Source of the DNA: a virus
Length of the DNA: 64,000 nt
IMG/VR virus record: IMGVR_UViG_3300010391_000273
Location: 1 to 64,000 of that record
Direction: 5' to 3' (one strand)
Shown here: one piece after another, positions 58,795 to 64,000 of the stretch
Layout: every line of letters begins with the position of its first letter
How positions within the stretch are numbered: position 1 is the first letter of the stretch
Program-made: the position numbers and the translations under genes
Notes under the pieces: generated by a model
What the model was told of the DNA's origin: nothing
What the model saw: only the letters and a program-made list of their open reading frames with translations
The model's database searches: none

Positions 58795-59682
58795 ATGAGT
58801 TACATGCACATAGACCTACTTTACAAGTGCCCAGACATCTTAGCTTTTAAACAACTCTTTGCCTTAGAGAAGATTCATGGGACGAGTGCTCACCTTAGAC
58901 TTAAGCTTGGGGAGATTACCTACTTCTCAGGTGGGGAAAGTCTAGGTAAGTTTAGAGCCTTGTTTGATGATGACAAGCTTCATGAGGCCTTTAAGACTAA
59001 GTTTGGTGAGGCCGATGTAGTTACCATCTATGGTGAGGCCTACGGAGGTAAACAACAGGGCATGAGCCATACCTATGGGCCTGACCTGAAGTTTGTGGCC
59101 TTCGAGGTCAACCTGAACGAGATGTGGCTGAGTGTTCCTCAAGCTCACGACTTCTGTACGAGTTTTGGAATTGAGTTTGTAAGTTATAATCTTGTAAGCT
59201 CAGACTTAGAGACTCTTAATGCTGAGCGTGATTTGCCTTCTGTGCAAGCCGTGAGAAACGGAATTACTGAGCCTAAGCTCCGAGAAGGCATCGTTCTGAG
59301 ACCTCCCTTCGAATGTAAGACTAATAGGGGTAGGCTCATCTCTAAGCATAAGGGTGAGGCTTTTGACGAGCGCGATAAGCCTGTTCACCCTGTCGATCCA
59401 GCAAAAGCTGATGAACAGGTTAAAGCCGAAGCCATCGCCTTTGAATGGGTAACACCTAATAGGCTTGAACATGTAATCGACCATATGGTTGCCATGCGGG
59501 AGGATAAAGAGGTTGGTATGGAAGATGCAACAGCCCTTATTGCTGATATGGTTGAAGACATCACCCGAGAAGGTGCAGGTGAGGTTGAAATGACTCCCAA
59601 ACTCAATAGGAAGGCCATAGGAGCCCAAACAGTGAAGCTTCTTAAGGCTAGACTCCAAGCAAGACTAGAACAAGCATCATGA
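58795..59682 (+). CDS. RNA ligase, Rnl2-like family
   Basis: Motif I EKIHGT, IYGE, FVAFE, REGIVLR, KHK...F.E. Confidence 0.8.
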   Translation: MSYMHIDLLYKCPDILAFKQLFALEKIHGTSAHLRLKLGEITYFSGGESLGKFRALFDDDKLHEAFKTKFGEADVVTIYGEAYGGKQQGMSHTYGPDLKFVAFEVNLNEMWLSVPQAHDFCTSFGIEFVSYNLVSSDLETLNAERDLPSVQAVRNGITEPKLREGIVLRPPFECKTNRGRLISKHKGEAFDERDKPVHPVDPAKADEQVKAEAIAFEWVTPNRLEHVIDHMVAMREDKEVGMEDATALIADMVEDITREGAGEVEMTPKLNRKAIGAQTVKLLKARLQARLEQAS

Positions 59683-60824
59683 CTTTAGATCCTGAGCTAT
59701 TCGATGTCCATGAGAAAGACGGCCTTAGACTTATCATTCCAGCTAGGAATGGGTCTGTAGCCAACGCCCCATGGTCTAAAGAAACTGTTATGTATCGGTC
59801 TAGAGTGGAAACTTTAGAAGGATTAGTTGTTTCTCAAGGCTTTGGTAAGTTCTTCAATTTGGCGACTGGGCCTGATGGTCTAAGGGTCGAGCTTGATGAC
59901 TTGATCAAGGCAACTGAGAAAAGTGATGCTATAGCAACCCTTAAGATCGATGGCTCACTCCTGATTAGGTCGGTTTATAATGGCAAGATCATGCTCAGGA
60001 CTAGGGGCAGCTTTGGGTATGAGTTCTTAGATAACGCCGATGAGATCGACCTCTTTAGAGCTAAGTATCCACTTGTCTTTGATCCTAGCTTATTTGTGGG
60101 TTATAGTCTCCTATTTGAGTGGGTAAGCCCGAGGAACGTAATAGTTCTTAAGTATCCTGAGCCTAACATCATCCTAATTGGGGGTGTGCAGCATACTCCA
60201 GACTTACCATACCTGACGTTTGCCCATAGTCAGTTGGACTTCATTGCAAAACGTTTAAATGTGCCGCTTGTTACCTCCTTTGATTTGACTTCTGAGGGCT
60301 GGGCTGAACTTCATGCAAACTTGGAGTCTAACCAAGAGATTGAGGGTTATGTTATCAGGCTTCATAATGAGCAAGTCTTAGTCAAGGTGAAGTGTGCCCC
60401 ATATTTGACTAAGCATGGGCTTAAATCGACCTTGACAACCGAGAAACTCATCGACATGTGGTTCCAGCAGGGATCACCTGATTATCAAGCTTTTTGTGCA
60501 ACTTTCCTTGCAAGTTTTGACGAGGAAACCTTTATGTGGACCTTGGGGGCTATCTCAAGTCTCTTTGATGGGATTAGAACCCTAACCAAGATCATGAACC
60601 ATATGGGCGGTAAAGTCGAGGTTAGGAAGAATTGGCCTAGAAAAGAAGCTGCCCTAGCTGGGCTAGCCGAGTACGGTCAAACTAAGAGATTCTCGGCTTA
60701 CATGAACTTGTGGGAAGGTAAACAGCCTAGCTTTGATTTGCTTAAATCGCTTCTGTTGCAAAATACCAAGCAGGTCGAAATTGAAATGTTCAAGGCTACA
60801 GGCCCAGCTATTTTAGGAGATTAA
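59679..60824 (+). CDS. RNA ligase, T4 Rnl1-like family
   Basis: KFFN, motif I KIDGSL, TRGS, FEWVSP.N.IV..Y, EGYV, KVK...Y. Confidence 0.85.
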   Translation: MTLDPELFDVHEKDGLRLIIPARNGSVANAPWSKETVMYRSRVETLEGLVVSQGFGKFFNLATGPDGLRVELDDLIKATEKSDAIATLKIDGSLLIRSVYNGKIMLRTRGSFGYEFLDNADEIDLFRAKYPLVFDPSLFVGYSLLFEWVSPRNVIVLKYPEPNIILIGGVQHTPDLPYLTFAHSQLDFIAKRLNVPLVTSFDLTSEGWAELHANLESNQEIEGYVIRLHNEQVLVKVKCAPYLTKHGLKSTLTTEKLIDMWFQQGSPDYQAFCATFLASFDEETFMWTLGAISSLFDGIRTLTKIMNHMGGKVEVRKNWPRKEAALAGLAEYGQTKRFSAYMNLWEGKQPSFDLLKSLLLQNTKQVEIEMFKATGPAILGD

Positions 60825-60826
60825 AG

Positions 60827-61606
60827 ATGCCTAGTGTGAATCTAAAGATTGCCAAAGTCGCTCTGACCCCGACGAACTATGAGACAGGCCACTTACTGCG
60901 GGAGCTTATGATCGAGAGAGGGATTACCTTAGACAAGAATAGCCCTATCACAATCTGCTATGGATTACCTTCTGAAGCCTCTAAGTGTCTAAACGGCAAT
61001 GTGGGTGGGGGAGATAAGATTTTAAGATTGAAACAGATGGAAGAGGGTGGAGTACGAACCATTCCGTGGTTTGATGGAAGGAATCTTTCAACAACTGGCG
61101 TACCCATGAGCTTTAAGTTTCCAGCCCTCGCAAGAGCTATCTCAGGTCATGGTGGAGAAGATATCATGCCTGTCTTTCAGGCTCAAGAGATCCCATGGCG
61201 AGTTGCTGCGGGGTTTGCATGGTTCTCAAGTTATGTACCCTTTACGACTGAATATAGGGTGTGGACCTTTAGGGGTAAGATCCTGGATGTGTACGAGAAG
61301 ACAATGGCTCGGCCGGATGAATATAAGTTCGTAGCTGGTAGGAACTTTAGACAGGGATTTGAGTTTACAAAGGTCACTAATTTCCCTGAGGAAGAAGTTA
61401 AGATTCAAGCTGGAAGGGTCTTGAAGGCCTGTAAGTTTGACTTCGCAGCTATTGATATGCTTCATGGTGAAGACGAGAAGGTCTATGTCCTCGAAGCTAA
61501 CACAGCCCCAGGAGTCATCCGGTCAGGTTGCAAGCCTACGCTTGAAAAGCTTGTTGACTGTATGGCGGGTTGGGTTCATGACGGATGCCCAGTGCGAGGT
61601 TACTAG
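60827..61606 (+). CDS. ATP-grasp (RimK-like) peptide ligase
   Basis: EYRVW, FAAID, VLEANTAPG. Confidence 0.8.
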   Translation: MPSVNLKIAKVALTPTNYETGHLLRELMIERGITLDKNSPITICYGLPSEASKCLNGNVGGGDKILRLKQMEEGGVRTIPWFDGRNLSTTGVPMSFKFPALARAISGHGGEDIMPVFQAQEIPWRVAAGFAWFSSYVPFTTEYRVWTFRGKILDVYEKTMARPDEYKFVAGRNFRQGFEFTKVTNFPEEEVKIQAGRVLKACKFDFAAIDMLHGEDEKVYVLEANTAPGVIRSGCKPTLEKLVDCMAGWVHDGCPVRGY

Positions 61607-61607
61607 A

Positions 61608-61799
61608 ATGATCATCCTTACTAAAAAAGATTTAGTAGAGGCATTATCCAAGTATCCAGATGACGCTGTAGTTTCAATCAGCGATGCTGATACTGGCTGG
61701 GACATGAATATTGATACTATAGTAAAAGAAGAAAGAGAACAAAAAACCTTGCTATCTTTTATTCCTTCTGGCTATAATGCAGACTTTCGAATGGAATAA
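61608..61799 (+). CDS. small hypothetical protein
   Basis: T.KDLVEALSKYPDDA.V pattern. Confidence 0.55.
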   Translation: MIILTKKDLVEALSKYPDDAVVSISDADTGWDMNIDTIVKEEREQKTLLSFIPSGYNADFRME

Positions 61800-61802
61800 A
61801 CC

Positions 61803-62534
61803 ATGGTTACACTTCTATATCATTCTAAACAGATTGGGTACATTTGCAAGCGGATCGCAGATACTAATCCTGAGAAGCTCCGGGCGGTCTGTGACAAGAC
61901 ACTTCCAAATGCTATGATGGATTATGGCACCATCGTTCGATGGGACTCAGTTCACCCACTAGGTGCTCATAAGACGATTAACACGGCTGAAGCTGTAACC
62001 CTATCTAGAAACAAGCACGATTCAAGATTTAAGCTTCTAGACTTGTGTCCTACAACTTGGGATGATGCTAGTTATCTTGAATACCCATGCCTAATTCGGC
62101 CTAAAAAGCATTTTGCAGCCCATAAGTTCTTTGTAGTCAAGACTAAGCTTGAAGCTAAGCGGGCTATCAAGCGGTGTGGGCGTGGTTGGTATGCGAGCCC
62201 TTTAATCGACAAGAAGCTTGAGTATAGAGTGTTTGTCCTGAATGGCAAGGCTTTCAAGATGGTTAGGCGATTCCACACCGATCCTAATCAGGTTGCTTGG
62301 AACATTGCCAACGGTGGGACGAGTGTTAGGATTATGAAGGAATCTTGGCCAGCGAACGTTGCTACGATTGCTGTTGAGGCTGGGAAGCTTCTAGGACTTG
62401 ATTGGTATGCTGCTGATGTGATTGTTGATCAAGCTGGTAAGCCCTATGTCCTCGAACTTAACACGGCCCCAGGCCTAGCTCGCGATCTTACGATTACTAA
62501 CCTTGCAAAACTGTTTGTAAAGTGTGGAGCCTAA
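61803..62534 (+). CDS. ATP-grasp (RimK-like) peptide ligase
   Basis: YPCLIRP, EYRVFV, N..NGG, AADVI, VLELNTAPG. Confidence 0.85.
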   Translation: MVTLLYHSKQIGYICKRIADTNPEKLRAVCDKTLPNAMMDYGTIVRWDSVHPLGAHKTINTAEAVTLSRNKHDSRFKLLDLCPTTWDDASYLEYPCLIRPKKHFAAHKFFVVKTKLEAKRAIKRCGRGWYASPLIDKKLEYRVFVLNGKAFKMVRRFHTDPNQVAWNIANGGTSVRIMKESWPANVATIAVEAGKLLGLDWYAADVIVDQAGKPYVLELNTAPGLARDLTITNLAKLFVKCGA

Positions 62535-63540
62535 TCTAATGCCACTAGATCCTACAACTATTGTAACCCCAAGTATACCTAGTCTAACAATAGATGCCCA
62601 TCTTGACACTCCTTGGATTGGGACCAAGGTGAGAGCTGCTAATAATGGAATAGGGTTCTATTTGCGTGAGGGTCATGAACAGTCATTGTTTACAATCGAT
62701 GCGGCTCATGAAGGTGGGCTCAAAGCTGCTATCTTTGCCCTTTATCTTTCGGATGTGTGGCAAGATGCACATACTGAAGCTGAAGCATTTGAGGAACTCC
62801 GTATCCAACGAAATAGGTTGATAAATGGTTTTCGTGTTTTGTTTCCGAATCCCAATCATAATTTTAACTTAGAGCATTTTCTACAAGATGTAAATGATGC
62901 TCCTGATTGGTTCCCAGTACTTCTTGGTTTGGAAGGTGGAAGACTCATTCATAATAGTCTTGATAGACTTAAGACTTATGCTGAATGGGGTATAAGATAT
63001 CTTACACTCACACACAATAGAAATACAAATTGGGCTGACTCAGCTACCGATTTTGAACATATTGGTGGTCTCTCCGGTTTTGGAAGAGACGTTATTAAGA
63101 AGTGTAATGAGCTTAATATTCTAGTTGATGTATCTCATGCTTCGGATCATACAGCTTATGATGCTATAGATATTTCTACTAAGCCTGTGATTGCTTCACA
63201 CTCAGGTGTTAGAAGTCTTGTTAAGCAACCTAGAAATCTTTCAGACTCCTTAATTAAGCGAATTGCTCAAACAGGCGGGATTATATGTGTGCCATTTGCG
63301 AAGCGGTTTATGGGTCACTATAAGGTAAGTGACCATATCAACTATATCGTGGATTTGGTTGGGGTTAATCATGTAGGGATTGGGTCTGACATTGATGGGG
63401 CCGTGTTGATTCCTGGGTTCACTAGTATCACTCAATGGAAAGATACTATTGTTCCAGACTTAATGGGTGCAGGTTGGAGTCAAGTTGACATCGACAAGAT
63501 CCTAGGTGGGAACCTCTTGAGAGTCTTAAAGAATGCCTAA
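62524..63540 (+). CDS. membrane dipeptidase (peptidase M19)
   Basis: IDAHLD, LEGG, LTLTHN, VDVSH, ASHS, RNL.D, GIGSD.DG, KILGGN. Confidence 0.9.
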   Translation: MEPNLMPLDPTTIVTPSIPSLTIDAHLDTPWIGTKVRAANNGIGFYLREGHEQSLFTIDAAHEGGLKAAIFALYLSDVWQDAHTEAEAFEELRIQRNRLINGFRVLFPNPNHNFNLEHFLQDVNDAPDWFPVLLGLEGGRLIHNSLDRLKTYAEWGIRYLTLTHNRNTNWADSATDFEHIGGLSGFGRDVIKKCNELNILVDVSHASDHTAYDAIDISTKPVIASHSGVRSLVKQPRNLSDSLIKRIAQTGGIICVPFAKRFMGHYKVSDHINYIVDLVGVNHVGIGSDIDGAVLIPGFTSITQWKDTIVPDLMGAGWSQVDIDKILGGNLLRVLKNA

Positions 63541-64000
63541 CATGATTAAGCCCAAGTGTGATCATAGAGTTAAACCAACTCCCTCAGGATATGTATGTAT
63601 AAAATGTGGGAGATTTGCATGATAAAGCCTATGATCGAAAGGCTAAGAGCTGCTATTAAGGATGCTGAGGCTTGTAGTCCTAAGCATGGAGTGATCATCT
63701 CTCAGACTGATGCAAAACGATTGCTTTATAGACTATTGAAAGAGGAGAACCATGATAGGAAAAAATACATACCCTTTTCTGTGTAAACACCCCTTCCATA
63801 GCCTAAAACGAGTTGATGATGGAGACTATGGAACCCACTTCATTTGTAAGAGGTGTGGCGCTAAATTAGACATGCTTGGAAGACCATGGCAAGAACAATA
63901 AAATCTTTCTTTAGGGTTACCAAGCCTTCTAAAAGGTTCTTTTATCTTATGTTGTGGATTTTAACCTTTGAGATTGTTACTATCCTAATGGGTGGTGGGA

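Overview
Most of the genome of a tailed dsDNA phage, probably podovirus-like. The host may be Acidobacteria/Vicinamibacteria (inference from gene content only). The minus strand from about 38.4 kb down to 0.3 kb carries the morphogenesis arm: TerS, TerL with a class-3 intein, portal, HU/IHF, scaffold, holin-like genes, a major capsid gene split by a group I intron, decoration proteins, adaptor and nozzle, collagen/Mtd-N tail fibres, large ejection proteins, a GH24 lysozyme, an exonuclease and a serine protease. Free-standing HNH/EndoVII genes are scattered through it, each with its own sigma70-type promoter. A GC-rich segment at 39.1-41.6 kb (DUF3631 gene) separates this arm from a plus-strand early/accessory arm (41.5-64 kb) rich in RNA-related functions: a permuted two-piece tmRNA, two unusual tRNA-like elements, two ~120-nt structured RNAs, a TROVE-like/TerD protein followed by three covarying hairpin RNAs, a cyclic-phosphate receiver-like protein, Rnl2- and Rnl1-type RNA ligases, two ATP-grasp ligases and an M19 dipeptidase. 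The two strongest candidates for undescribed systems are (i) a capsid-gene group I intron with two tandem guide sequences, one of which fits excision of a separate upstream 15-nt micro-intron, and (ii) a phage Ro60-like/TerD protein flanked by its own small-RNA array inside an RNA-repair/ribosome-rescue module. All family assignments come from motif recognition by eye; no searches were run.
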